Part shown: positions 63,979-64,000 of the stretch, one piece after another
Layout: the number at the start of each line of letters is the position of its first letter
Position numbering within the stretch: position 1 is the stretch's first letter
Assembly: GCA_010093705.1 (NCBI GenBank)
Contig: MU006101.1
Coordinates: 471,614 to 535,613 of the forward strand
DNA from: Patellaria atrata CBS 101060
Lineage: Eukaryota
Direction: 5' to 3'
DNA length: 64,000 bases
The notes under the pieces: generated by a model
What the model was told of the DNA's origin: nothing
Seen by the model: only the letters and a program-made list of their open reading frames with translations
Database searches by the model: none
Made by a program: the position numbers and the translations under genes

Positions 63979-64000
63979 CCTACTGCCCTTTTCCTCGTGT

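Overview
Eukaryotic DNA from a filamentous ascomycete (Pezizomycotina, probably Dothideomycete-like). The evidence is short GT-AG introns with CTRAY branch points and the protein families present. The backbone is housekeeping genes: an RTA1-like membrane protein, a CYP52-clan P450, nudC, an ANTH/AP180 adaptor, RAD2/XPG, SAM37/metaxin, mitochondrial IleRS, PHAF1/UPF0183, kinesin-5 bimC, a secreted GDPD and an EVE-domain protein. There are also several orphan genes and a GH5-like/Cys-rich secreted protein. An accessory zone at 57-62 kb holds an NLR-type alpha/beta-hydrolase-NACHT pseudogene, two solo LTRs, a LINE RNase H fragment and a fructosamine-kinase pseudogene. The most interesting signals are absent from the ORF track. 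(1) A 25-aa proline-rich micro-ORF (MPALTSFPPCPGPPPSRPLPPVPSK, class I SH3-ligand motif) has a TATA-like box, an ATG-free leader and good start context, in the middle of a ~11 kb gene desert. (2) A ~175-nt strongly structured ncRNA candidate with Pol III-like A box, B box and T-run lies between SAM37 and IleRS. (3) The GH5 appears to lack its catalytic nucleophile. (4) A +1 frameshift at an A8 run hides a C-terminal AT-hook-like extension. All calls were made by eye without database searches, and exon boundaries are manual.
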